Assembly: GCF_036321535.1 (NCBI RefSeq)
Contig: NC_087437.1
Span: 60,762,001 to 60,826,000 of the forward strand
DNA from: Camelus dromedarius
Taxonomy: Eukaryota
Direction of reading: 5' to 3'
Length of the DNA stretch: 64,000 nucleotides
Part shown: positions 41,954 to 54,110 of the stretch, piece after piece
Numbering within the stretch: the first letter of the stretch is position 1
Layout: each line of letters begins with the position of its first letter
Notes under the pieces: generated by a model
What the model was told of the DNA's origin: nothing
Seen by the model: the letters and a program-made list of their open reading frames with translations, nothing else
Databases searched by the model: none
Translations under genes and position numbers: made by a program

Positions 41954-43782
41954 AAAAATTCTAGTTACTTCTGTATATTTATCAGAAACAATGGAACAAA
42001 ATCAAGTTCACAAAAACAAAATTTGTTATAATTTAAACAAGAAATGCAAATTAAACTGTATTTTTATTTGCCTAGCAATATACAAAATTAATAATTTCAT
42101 TAAGAATGATGGTTACTTCAATGAGAATAGCAACAAAGTGAGATTCACAATGCTAGTGATGGTACACATCAAAACTTTCTGAAGGGTAATTTAACACTTT
42201 TAAATGCTTATACCCTTTCATTCAGTAATTCCACTTCTGGGAAAATATTCTAAAGTAATAATCAGGAATGAATAAAAAGATATTTGCTATAGCATTATTT
42301 ATATAAAATACTGAAAATAAGCTACATATTCACCAATAGGAAAATAGTGAAACTAAGGTATAACTGTACAATGAAATGTTAGGCAAACATTAAAAAATCA
42401 TTTTTTAAAAGAATTTTTAAGGAGAACACAGGGAAACTTTCAAGACTTAATGCTAAGTAAAAAAAAAAAAAGCAAGATAGCAAATTATATAGAACATGAT
42501 TCCAATTTTAGAAGGGTAAAGTATGTACATACACAAACAAAGAAACATATCAAAATATTAACAGTAGTTACTCATAGGTACTGAAATAAGGTTTTTTTTT
42601 AAACTTCATTCTTTTCAAATATTTAATCAGGAAAGTGAAAAAAGTTCAGGAAGAATTTACAACAGAAATACTTAAACATCTGGCTGTATTTCTACTATTA
42701 TATCTGCCATTGTGACTTTTTATCCTTTAGTAATTTGCTCTTTATAGTAACTGAAATTGTGTCTAAAAGTTTTACCTCAATTCTTGAAATTCATGTGTTT
42801 ATTATATAAAAATTTTGCTTCATAAGCCTATAAATTACTAAATAATCTCAAAACTAATGCAGGAATTAATTTTTTAAACCTGAGATTATACCTTAAAATA
42901 CACCTTAGTCTTACAAAATAAATGCAAGATCAAAATAAAACCTTCTATTTTTCCAGAACCTATTAAATATTCCCATGAAAAAATATTACCTGCAAGGTAA
43001 CAGAACAGCTGGATCAGAAAGATGTAAGGAAGAACTCAGTAATCCAGGTTAAAAGGGCCCTGTATGCAAATGTATATATGTGTGTCTCTTTTAACCAACA
43101 TCACTAAGTTCTTCCTTTCATCTCCCTTTTGATTAGTTTCAACTGACAAAAATTGAGAAATAATTCTCATTTCCAGATGAATAACTCATTCTTTCAGCAC
43201 ACTGCAAATAGAGATTATGGATCAACATGTTAAGAAAATATATAAGAGCAGTAAGAATACCTGACTTATAGTGGAGATCAAAAAAGACTCCCAAAGCTAT
43301 ACTCAAAAGCTGAAATTTGAAGGATGAGGATGAATTAGGTAGATGACAAGAAATAGGGGCCAACAAGGGGTATTTCTCCCCCATTTACAGGTGTGCTGCT
43401 TACAATAAAACCATGAAAATATTCCTCTCTGAATCTCTATAATGTGACTGATTTTCAAACAAACCTCAAACTCCTGCAATATTTTTAAACCTATATTTTA
43501 TTTCAGTAGCCAAACTACTTCATACTTCAAAAACTCTTACTCCACCACACATACACACACACACACAAAACAGAAGTTTAAGATTCAACTAGAACAAGAA
43601 TTAAAGTACCAGAAGAAAATATAGAAGATCGTTTTTTTTGATAAAGGTAAAATGGGAAAGATCTTCTTAAACAGAAAGGAAAGGATTAATATCTACTATA
43701 TGTAAAGAGCTTCTACAATTCAGTAAGGAAATACAGGTTAATATAGCCTTTTAGGAAGCAATTTGGCATCTATCAAAACTTA

Positions 43783-44108
43783 GTAAGAGAACCTAATGAA
43801 CTCATCTACAAAACAGAAACAGACTCGCAGACATAGTAAACAATCTTATGGTTACCAGGGAGTGGGAAGGGATAAATCTGGGAGTTTGAGATTTGCAAAT
43901 GTTCGCCACAATATATAAAAACAGAATTTAAAAAACCCCGAATTTCTTCTGTTTAGCACAGGGAACCAGACTCAATATCTTGTAATAACCTTTAGTGAAA
44001 AAGAATATGAAACTGAATATATGTATTTATATGCACGACTGAGACACTGTGCTGTACACCAGAAACTGACACACTGTAACTGACTATATTGCAATTAAAA
44101 AAAAAAAA
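43783..44108 (+). mobile_element. Young L1 3'-end fragment
   Basis: GAACTCATCTACAAAACAGAAACAGACTC...GACTATATTGCAATTAAAAAAAA; short TSD AAAACTTA. Confidence 0.9.
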
Positions 44109-44877
44109 CTTAAAATATACACTTAAAAATCCTTTTTATGGAAATACTTGTATACATATGCATGGGCACAAAGGTATAAGAAACTTCATTAAAGCTCCAG
44201 TTTTAGTTGCTCAAAAGTGGAAATAACAACCATGAATAATTAAGTAAAGTACAACCATGAAAAAGATGAAGCAGAACTGTACATACTGAGATGGGAAAAA
44301 ATTTATAATTAGATTTTTTTCATTAAAAAAAAAAGGTAAAACTACACCCACACAGTGCTCATTTCTAATTGCATAGAGAAAACAAAATTGTTAACAGTGG
44401 ATATCTGTAAGGAAAGCGACTAGAAGGTAAGGAAAGTAATTTTCACTTTTCACTCTATATAACTGACTTGCTAGACTCTTTTGTAATAAGCATGTACTGA
44501 CTGCTTTTGGAATGTAATTTAAAAATAAGGAAAAACACACTATTCTATTCTAGTTATGATGGTTATCTTTGGGGCTGAGTGATTTTTGTACAGTAATTTT
44601 TGTCCTGTTTCTTAATAACTGTCACTACTTTCTAAATTTTCTATGAGAAGCATGCATATTTTAAAATCTGAGAAATGTGTATTCAAAAAACCCTGTATTT
44701 TCTTTCAGTGGTGAAACTATTTTTTCTTCCCTGAAAAGTAAATTTTAATTTAACAATTATGGTCCCTGAAAATTGGCTCTGAAATTCCAACCACTTTCAG
44801 AAAGCAGTCTAAGTTTGGAAGTATAACATCTGCTGTAGAAGCAATTAAATATAAAACCTATTTTAGAATGGAATATT

Positions 44878-45100
44878 AACTAACACTTACTAAGCATGTG
44901 GACACTGAATTTGCTAAGTACTTGTGCTGCATTATTTCATTTGCTCTAAATACCCCTATGAAATTTGTATTATATTGTTATTATTATTAATTCTCATTTT
45001 ACAGATGAAAAAAACAAGTCTTGAGAAGAATGCGTATCTTGCCCAGGGTGAAGCAGAAGAGGCAGGATTCAAACCCAGGTCTTCAGCTCCTAACCACTTG
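44878..45100 (-). mobile_element. MIR SINE
   Basis: MIR core CTCATTTTACAGATGAAAAAAAC...CTTGCCCAGGGT...GGATTCAAACCCAGGTCT. Confidence 0.8.
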
Positions 45101-46287
45101 TGATACATGGAATGATAAGTGCTAATGTACCCCAGAGATAATAGGCTAGACGTCTGAAATCCAGCATGAATGTCCAGACTGACTATCATATTCAGGTTAG
45201 TGATCCTAAAATGAAGAAGTAGTGAAACTCAATTCTGATCACAGAGGAAAACAATACGTATTTCTTCAAGGCAACAGGGGCTATTTTGTTCCATCTCTTT
45301 CTGCTTCTACCAAGGTACAAGGATATAAAGGACAACTCAGATTTGCAAGTAACTTAATACCCTCCCTCTGACTAGTCTGGAATTAGCCCTCTAAATAACT
45401 GGAAGGGCTTTTGAAAACTGATCAGAACGCCAAAGCCTTAAAGACTTGAACAAGGTGCAGTTTCACATTTTATTCAAAGGTGGAAAATTTAAAAAGCCAA
45501 GAGAAATGTTATACTCAAATATCAGAATAATCAATATTGACAGATTAAACATAGGAAGTATTTAACAATACCTACTTATTTCATCCCTAGCTATTTGAAC
45601 AAGGTCTCTCTTTTAAAAAGAATGTTTATCCTTAGCTACCTGAGCAAGTTCTAAGTTTTCTCTTTAAAAAACTACAACTGAAAAGATATATACAGCACTG
45701 TTAACCATGTCTACTTGGAAACCTGCCTATCTAAAGATAGAGAATCATAGGAACCTCTATTCATTTGTTTAGTAGATAGACTCAACTACAAACTTACTTT
45801 ATGAATTTGGGTTTGCAAGGTTAGTATTTAATGTCACAAAGTCCAGAAGAATAATTCTCTCTTTGAATAACTGTAAACCAGGAATTAAGGCCCTAAGGGA
45901 AGCAGAACACCTAGAACTTTTCCTCAATAAAAGTATCTGCTTATAGAAAGAACTGGCAGAGAAGCTGACAACAACAGACTTAGTTTCACACTCAAGCATT
46001 TCTATACCTTAACCCCTTAGGCAAAGTAGACATCTCACTGAATTAAGGACAACTCACACTACAAAAATGACGGTATTGAAGCTCAGTACTAAGTCATTTA
46101 GGTAACGATAAACTATTTAGTGAAAATATAAAATTCACTGAATTTAGGTCAAACTCTTTCACCAAAACCTAAAAAGTGGGTTTAAGACCTATATATATTA
46201 CAGGTCAGAAACATTTTAAGGTTCATTTTTCACAATGTAAGTCAGTGTTCTTGGCTAATTAATAACCAGATTTAAAAGCCAAGGATG

Positions 46288-46482
46288 TAAAAATAGATTT
46301 TAAAAACCAAATTTATTCTGTATAGCATAGGGAACTAGATTCAACATCTTGCAATAACCTTTAATGAAAAAGAATATGAAAATGAATATATGTATGTATA
46401 TGTATGACTGGGACATTGTGTTGTATACCAGAAATTGATACATTGTAATTGACTATACTTTCGATAAATAAATGAATAAAAA
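46288..46482 (+). mobile_element. Young L1 3'-end fragment
   Basis: Perfect 15-bp TSD TAAAAGCCAAGGATG at 46273-46287 and 46483-46497. Confidence 0.92.
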
Positions 46483-47856
46483 TAAAAGCCAAGGATGAAG
46501 GAGCTGCCTTAAATCAACACCTTTAACAGGAGAACATGAACAAAGCTTTTCATTTTTACATATTTTTTTCATACATATATTATATACAGAAGTGATTATG
46601 AGTTTTCTATAAATGCCAGTTTCTTGCAAAGTTGACAAGTTCTAACCTGCTTTTAAAAATTACTACTCACTGCCTTCATTCCAATCTAACTTTATTTAAT
46701 GTTATTCTTTGAATAACCCCAAGAAAACAAAACCCCCAGAGCAAATTCTTCTACATTTCAATATCCTGCCTACTTATAAGAGCGGAAGAGTCAAACAGAG
46801 CAGGGGAAAAAACGTGACGTGCACAACCTTGATCCAAAACACTGCTCGTCGTAGTCTAATTTTAGGCCTAACCACTTTGTCTTTTTTACAAAGGTTAAAA
46901 AAGACGACAAAAAACTATAAATCACTTGTAAAACAGAGTTGAGATAATTATACCAATGGGAGTTGTTTACCTAGGAGGGCAGAAATCACGCTCACACTGC
47001 TCAGAGTATTCCCATTAAAGATAAGAGACAAGGACGGATACCAACCCCACAATCGACGATAATGGCAATTACTTCCCACTCTTCAGTTCTTGGATGACTC
47101 TATCTTTAAAGAATTAGTCAAAAGTTTGAGTCCACTGAGGAATTTTCGGCAACGTTTAGTGTCTGTTATTTTAAAGGAAGTCAAACATGGTGAAAAGCCA
47201 ACCTTCACCCGAATTACCTAAAGAAGCAAATATTCACCTTCTGGCTGAAGATCAAACAAGAATCACGAGAAGATCCGAAAGTTCTGTTCTTAAGCGGAGG
47301 CCCTCAAACCCTCGGGAAACGATACGTTTCTACTAATGAGGAATATGGAAGAGATCACAGGTTGCAGTTTAGAAAAGAGTAAAGTGACTCCAGACAACTT
47401 GCCTAAGCAATGAAACTGGGATGACCAGAGAGGTAGCAAGGAGGGGCTGGGACTCGGTAAGAGACGAAAAATCGAGGAACAAAACCCGAAACGTTTTGTC
47501 GAACAGTGAGGTAAATGGAGAAAACAAGGAGGTTTGAAACGTGAGGGAAGGGAGACCAACAGAGGGCAGAGGCTGTGGCGCGACAAGGTTCAGGGCAGGG
47601 CCGGGTCCAGGAAGAGTTAGATCTCACCAGCCCAGCAAGCTTCCCATTTCAGGCTAAAGCTGGAGAAGAAAACAGCCCACGGGCGCAGACAATGAGCCAC
47701 CGCCCCAAGAGCTGCGGCTCGAGGCACGCAGGTGGCGGCTTCCCGGCCCTGCGCGGGCCAGGTCGGCTGCCCCGGGTCGCTCGCGCCGGCCAGGCCGCGG
47801 AGAAGGAAGGAGGAAGGAAAGCGACGGCCCGCGTCCCGGCCTGTCTGCACACTTAC

Positions 47857-48145
47857 CCCAGGCGAGGAAAGGTCCCCGCCCCAGCGAGGAGCCTCCGGCC
47901 GAGCTCCCGGCGGGCTCAGGAGCCGCCCCGAGCAAGCGCGCGACGCGGGGCGGGGAGGGGAGGGAAGGGGAAGCGGGGCGGGAAGAGGAGCCGCGCTGGA
48001 GCGCAGCCGCTGCTACTGCTAGGCCGAGCGGCAGCCGAGCCCCGCGGGCGCCGGGAGGGGAGGGCAGAGAGCCTTCGGCAATGGCGACGGCCCAGGCCAG
48101 AGGGGAAGCGGAACAACCGCCGCCGCCGCGCGTGGCCACAACCCT
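47857..48145 (-). other. PAK2: PAK2 non-coding exon 1 (5' end approximate)
   Basis: Lies inside the CpG island. Consensus donor GGG|gtaagt at 47857/47856. No ATG on the minus strand within the exon. Implies a 34.7-kb intron 1 (13138-47856). TSS position is inferred. Confidence 0.8.
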
Positions 48146-48246
48146 AGGGGAGGGCGACGGCAGGGAGCGGGGAGGGGCGGGGCCGAAGCCGGGAGCTCCA
48201 CTGGGCGGAGACGGGCACCACCTCCCAGAGGGCGGGCCCACGCGGT

Positions 48247-48265
48247 GGCTGCTGGGAACTGTAGT
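48247..48265 (-). promoter_or_regulatory. ZNF143/THAP11-type ACTACAnnTCCCA promoter motif
   Basis: Minus strand reads ACTACAGTTCCCAGCAGCC, about 100 nt upstream of the inferred TSS; matches the established mammalian promoter motif. Confidence 0.8.
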
Positions 48266-48281
48266 TTTGAAATGTGTACAA

Positions 48282-48353
48282 CCTCTCCCTCTCCCTCTCC
48301 CTCTCCCTCTCCCTCTCCCTCTCCCTCTCTCCCCCTCCCTGTCCCCTCTTTCT
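48282..48353. repeat. (CCCTCT)n hexamer repeat, ~8 units, plus pyrimidine tract
   Basis: Read directly from the sequence. Confidence 0.95.
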
Positions 48354-49430
48354 AAAGGGAACGAACTAGGGAGGCAGTAATCATGATTGATACTAGGGAG
48401 GCAGCAGGGGAAGTAGATCTGGGTAGCCAGATTGTTCTTATTGATAGATGTAGAGCAAAAAACTCAATTGGTATGATTACAAGAGAAAGGATTCAAGGAG
48501 CAATATGGCACAGTATTAGATAACTTGAAAAACTGTCAGCTCTTAAACACACAGTCTGCTCGATAAAAAAGAACATCCTTTCAAAGCATAACTAAGCTTT
48601 CAAGAAAGAAAGAGGAATACCTCTGATAGTCTTCCAAACTCCACACTAACCCAAAGAGGGAGCAAGAAACCAGAGTGGTAAACAGGTCAATGAAGCCATA
48701 CTTGTACTGAGAAAAGCTACTTATTTCAGAAATCTGTGGTTTTACTGGCTGCACAGGAGGCAAGAGACCAAACACAAGGCCTTGGGCCTGTAAAAGAGGT
48801 TGGGACTGTAATCCTGTACAAGGCTGGAAAACTCAAAAGGCTATACCCTCCAAAAACAGCCTGGAAAAATAAAAATCACCTGTACCAGCCCAGGGAGACA
48901 TGAAGATATTTGCATGTTTTAGCCTGGACTTGGCATCGAGGGGGAAAAAACATTCCCTTTAGAATTCATGAACACACACTTTCCCTCATGTGGGTTTGAA
49001 AGTTCAAATTATAATACCTACACTGTCCAGGAAACCTCAAGTCAAGAAAATGTCCCAGGCTGGTGGTGCTGGGGGGCCTAGAAGGAACAAATACAAATCC
49101 TCATTGAACAGATTGACTCTCAGCCCAGGCCTGAAAGGATAGTCACTTCACCCTAAGTTCTTTATCTCCATATCATGTCAATTAACATCAGTCATCAAAA
49201 TATAGATGAGTAGCACAAAATGAGTAGACTACCTGACTAGAATAATCCTTATACTCATTATATTCTGAAATCACTAGAGTGGAAATATATCTTCCCAGTT
49301 CCTAAGCCATGTATGCACCACCCTCCAGGAGATCTGGCTGAATAATCTAAGTTCCTGGTAGAATGGCTGAGATACACACACAACAATCTCTGCCCCACCT
49401 CCACCCTTAGTTGAGGTAACCTGTGTCTCT

Positions 49431-49436
49431 TTTATT
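49431..49436 (-). terminator. Candidate distal PIGX polyadenylation signal (AATAAA)
   Basis: TTTATT on the + strand ~1.75 kb after the PIGX stop. Other AATAAA candidates at ~50267, ~50414 and ~50444. Usage cannot be seen from DNA. Confidence 0.4.
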
Positions 49437-51182
49437 TTCCAAAAAAATTACAGAATACTTTGAGAAAAATAAACCATAAAAGTGGAACAAATACTGGAAT
49501 ACAATGACCAGGAGAACAGTACCCATTTTCTTGGCTATAAACAAAAAAGACCATACACAGAATTATGAAACTTTAAAAAATTTAAAGTTTTTAAAAAATA
49601 AAGTGCTTATTCACTTTTTAAGTATCCAAAGAAGATAATGTAAAGATTCAAAACCAGAAATGTTCTGTTATACCAATAGTAATGTCATCTGCAACATTTA
49701 TCAGGCAAGAAAAGTCATATCAAAGTATCTTTAGTCATGTTCACATTTTTATTACACTTCTGAACACCTGTATAAATGAGAAAATGGCTGAATCATGTTC
49801 CAAGCCACAATCTTGAATATTAACTTGAAAACATTTAAATACTGATGAATCTTGGCTTTGATGTACAAAAGAAAATAAAGATCACACTCACACTCTCACA
49901 CACACACACACACATCCCAAAGCTCTTCAGAGGTTAAACAGTACTGTATTCCTCCACCTAGTCTAGCCATATTCCAAAAGGTTGTTGATGTTACTGAATT
50001 TTAACTGGCATATAATTCTATTTCAGTGCCACTATATTAATCCTATTGTGAAAAAAAAAATGCCTGGAAAACGTGGAATTCTTTCTTATAAGAAAACAAT
50101 AAACAGCTATGAAACAAGACTAGGCTGAAATTTTCATCATTTTAAAGATCTCTAATATTTATGCTTTATGGCACTGGGTTGCCTTTTCCAAAATAAATGT
50201 TCTCAAACACACCTTAAAAAGAACTCTTTTTACTAGGTCAAGCTGTACATGGCAAATTATAAAAGATTTATTCCCATAAAAACACCAGAAAGTTTTAGGA
50301 AATTAAGAATGATAGTATGTATAAAGTATATCATATCCCATTATGCCATACAAAACAAACAGTGTCAAACATACCCCAGTTCATTGGTTTCTGTTTTGAA
50401 ACATGCTTATCCTTTTATTTTTTAATTAGCTTATGGCACTTACTTTATTTTCTAATTTTTTCCAAAGAAAAAGAGTCAATCAGACCTTTTTTTTTAAAAA
50501 AAATCACCTGAAAATACAAAAAACGTTTTGTAGCTGTACAACTTAATAAAATATACTCTTTAAAATGACAATCTGAATTGTGTTCCTGACAAATTCAGAA
50601 TTAAATCAGAACTAAATCTTAGTATGTAATTTCATAAGCCCTTTGCCAATTCATATATTCAAAAGAAGTACTATAAACTATAAAAGGAGAATGGAAATGC
50701 TTTAAGAAATAACCAATTTTCATAACTTCTTAGCTGTCCTACTTTAATGATTTTCTTTGAAATCCTGGATAAATTACTCTAATATTCTCGTTAAGATAAA
50801 CAGTTAAATAAAGTCTGATTCATCCAAATTATTCTTACTCAAAACAATTTTCTCAATTTTTAGCAATAATTTGTCTCTACTAAAGTACTCACTTATAACC
50901 TAAATGAAGATAAAGTCACTTCTCACAAAATAAATATTAATTTAACAGAATTAAGTTTCCTCTATTGGCACTTGATGCTTGAGGGTTATCAAAGGTCTAT
51001 ACAACAGAACACTGAATTTTGAAATTAGTTGAGAATGATCCAGAATTTCCTCTAGTAAACATAATATTAGCCATAAATGAAGACAAAAGACAAAAGTAAT
51101 GATGTAATTCTAGAAGAACGCTTCTAGTCGCAAATGAATAGGTCTTACTTAGGTTTCTGGAACGCATTTAACTGCATAAAAC

Positions 51183-51326
51183 TTAGAGGGAAAAATGGCC
51201 ATATTTGAAAACAGCCACAAGGATCAGAGTAGAACACAAGATGGTAATGAGCAGAGTCACAGAACATACTAAAGAGGTATGTATGGTCAGTCCCACTGGA
51301 GCCTGTAGAGTCACATTCTTATAAAC
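51183..51326 (-). CDS. PIGX: PIGX last coding exon (144 nt including TAA), C-terminal TM segment
   Basis: ctccatag|GTTTATAAG; translates VYKNVTLQAPVGLTIHTSLVCSVTLLITILCSTLILVAVFKYGHFSL*. Confidence 0.96.
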   Translation of the reverse strand, partial: VYKNVTLQAPVGLTIHTSLVCSVTLLITILCSTLILVAVFKYGHFSL

Positions 51327-51927
51327 CTATGGAGAGAAATGGATAGAGAAGTTAGAGACATCTAAGATCAATGTTCTAAGGTGAGACCACTACTTCTTTG
51401 ATTTTTAATTTAACTTTTTCTTCTAAATATCTTTCAGCCAATGCTACACTACCTGTAACATTACTGTTTAAATGATTCTTTTAGATTCAGTATTTCAGTT
51501 AATGTAACAGAATCAGACTCAATTCCCACAATAATTCTTAAATTCTCATTACTTTTGACATTTTCTGCTTCTTACATAGAGTTGAGTATACTGTTAAAAA
51601 AAATTCTAACTATATTCTGTCACTTCTGTAATCAATAGAAACATTTATTTCCTCTTACTATGTTTCATATTAGAATACAGAATTCTCTATAAGTTGAAGC
51701 CCTAAAACAACAATAAAACTAAAGCATCCATTCATTCCTATTCTGCTGTTTCTCTCCTCAGCTTTTTAAAAGTTTGTTATTCACAAATTACACAACTGAA
51801 TGTGTCCTTTACTGTTATTACAACATCAATTAGTTGTGATACCGACTAGCAATGCAAAAGTTTTCCTATGTTCAATTTTCTTCCTATTTTCTATTCAGTT
51901 TTGAAGATAAAGGGTTTCAATTAGACC

Positions 51928-51980
51928 TAGAAACTCTGGGAAATTTAGAAACTTTGAGAAATTAGAAACTTTGGGAAATT
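51928..51980. repeat. Three-unit 17-18 bp tandem repeat TAGAAACTYTGRGAAAT(T)
   Basis: Read directly from the sequence. Confidence 0.85.
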
Positions 51981-53595
51981 TTATTGTTTAAAAATAGATT
52001 TTTAAAAACATTAGAATTTAGGTAACTTGGGAATACTTTTATTTTTGGTTTCTTTTTATAAATGCATGGATTCTACTTTCACATCCCTCCCCCCACAAAA
52101 GTGTTACTGACACAATCTGTAACAAAGTGCCATCTGAAATTATCTTTCAAATAATGGCATCTCAAACAAAATGAGCCTTAGTATACAGATTACCATCTTA
52201 GTAATGGTCACCTATTTTTCTGGTATGTATGTATGTGTATGTATGTATATATACATATACACACACAAGAAATGTAACAAAGAAATAAATCAAAGTACTT
52301 AATTATGACCACTTACTTCAATTTACATGGTCTTAAAGAGAACTGAATTAAAATGTTTTAATATGGTGATTTATTTTGTAGCAACATATACCACCAATTT
52401 TTTAAACCAATAAATCATGAACAAACACTAATCACACTCTTCATTCACATAAGAAAATCAAATGCAATTCTCCAGATGTATTTTAGAGTTTGAAAAAAAT
52501 TCAGGTACCCTATGGCAATGGAAATCTCAAAAGCAATTCTATGTTGCATAAAGTAATCATACATCTTTCCAACTATCAGTTCAAAGTAGGTTCTCCTCTA
52601 CAAAATAGTAGTGCTTTGTAGTAAGCCTTTACCATCAGTAGTAGTTTCCTGAGCTAGCTGATAGACAGACTTCTAAGTAACTATAAGGAAAACAGTTCAA
52701 ATCTATCTATTCACATTAGTACATATGAATAAATCTGCTTTATGTTTATCTGATAAACAGTTATGTTGTCTGCTACTTTTTAAATTTATTTTACTTTTGT
52801 TGCAAACTCATTTGACTCCTCTTAAAAATAAATTGTAAAAATAATGACACAGATTGTGCCATTCAACCAAAGAAAGCAGGCCTTAAATAGAATTAGGAAC
52901 AAAGAGAAACTCAGATACTACAAGCATCACTTAAAAGGCAGCTCTTAAAAGAGGAAAAAAGGACAGAAAAAAAGAGGGAAAGAAAAGAAATGTGTTGTAC
53001 AAAGACTTACCACTCTGAAGAGAAGAAAGAGGTAGACCATGTTAACTAAAGAAGGTAAGTAGAAAAGTGTAGACTTCTCAGACAAAGCCAGTGTTAATGA
53101 AGTACTAACACTTATCTATTTAATAACTGAAAACAAGTTGGGAGGTACAAACTATACAAATGTCCTGACATAGCCTAGATTTAGAATTATAATAAGAATA
53201 CAACTGTCTAGAAACTTCATCACAGTTGAAATGATACAACTTTATAGAGTTTTATTTCCCTTCTTTCACTTATTCTGTGTAATATAAGTAAACTAATTTG
53301 TTGTTTGAAAATGAATAAAAAGTTCTAAACAAAGTAAAGTTTTATTCAGTAAAATCAGTTTTTTAAAAAAAGTGTATCAGCTATACTTAAGCTCTGGATC
53401 AATGAAGCATGGGACTAACTTTAAATCTTCACCCCCCAAATTAAATGATTCTGTGACTCTATATAAATGCGGAACCACTATTGCCATTAGTGACAGAGAA
53501 ACAACATTAAAAGCAAACAAAAGACAGCTTCCTATGGTAGAATATAAAACGCTAATCCCTTAAATGTGGCAGAAACATTACAAAAAGAGGTTTTT

Positions 53596-53949
53596 GTGTA
53601 TATATATATATTTTTTTTATTGAAGTATAGTCAGTTTACAATGTGTCAATTTCTGGTGTACAGCACAATGCCTGTCATACATGGACGTACATATATTCAT
53701 TTTCATATTCTTTTTCACCATAAGTTACTATAAGATATAGAACATAGTTCCCTGCACTATACAGCATGAACTTGTTATTTATCTATTCTATATATATCAG
53801 TTAGTATCTGCAAATCTCTAGCTCCCAATTTATCCCCTCTCCACGCTCCCCCAACCTATAACTACAAGTTTGTCCTCTATGAGAGACTGTTTCTGTTTTG
53901 CAGATAAGTTTATTTGTCTTTTGTTTCAGATTCCACATATAAGTGATAT
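53596..53949 (-). mobile_element. Young L1 3'-end fragment in the last PIGX intron
   Basis: TTTATTGAAGTATAGTCAGTTTACA...; TSD CATTA(C)AAAAAGAG(G)TTTT on both sides. Confidence 0.9.
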
Positions 53950-54009
53950 CATTAAAAAGAGTTTTAAATGAGGCTGCATGACCTAAAACAACATAAAATG
54001 TTAACTTAC

Positions 54010-54110
54010 TGATTTATATTTCATATTGTTCCACTGGCAGATATCCTTACTGTTCAAAGCACAAGCAGCTGTCACTTCTGACTGAGCCCAGCATTTCAAA
54101 ATTGGAAACT
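54010..54110 (-). CDS. PIGX: PIGX internal exon (101 nt)
   Basis: tttctcag|AGTTTCCA...AAATCA|gtaagt; translates (E)FPILKCWAQSEVTAACALNSKDICQWNNMKYKS; phases fit both neighbours. Confidence 0.96.

Larger units (their letters stand above)
47570..48270. promoter_or_regulatory. CpG island / PAK2 promoter with GC boxes
   Basis: Very GC- and CpG-rich stretch in an AT-rich window. GGGGCGGGG at ~48175-48183 and GGGCGG repeats at ~48204 and ~48230. Confidence 0.92.

Noticed and set aside
48282..48330. (CCCTCT)n as an SVA 5' end
   Set aside because: No Alu-like, VNTR or SINE-R sequence follows, and no Alus are present in the window, so the genome is non-primate.
47290..48380. Multiple overlapping 60-195 aa ORFs on both strands
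   Set aside because: Low-complexity Arg/Gly/Pro/Ala products expected from stop-poor CpG-island sequence; no recognisable domain.
51928..51980. Short direct repeats resembling a CRISPR array
   Set aside because: Head-to-tail units with no spacers in a mammalian intron; an ordinary minisatellite.
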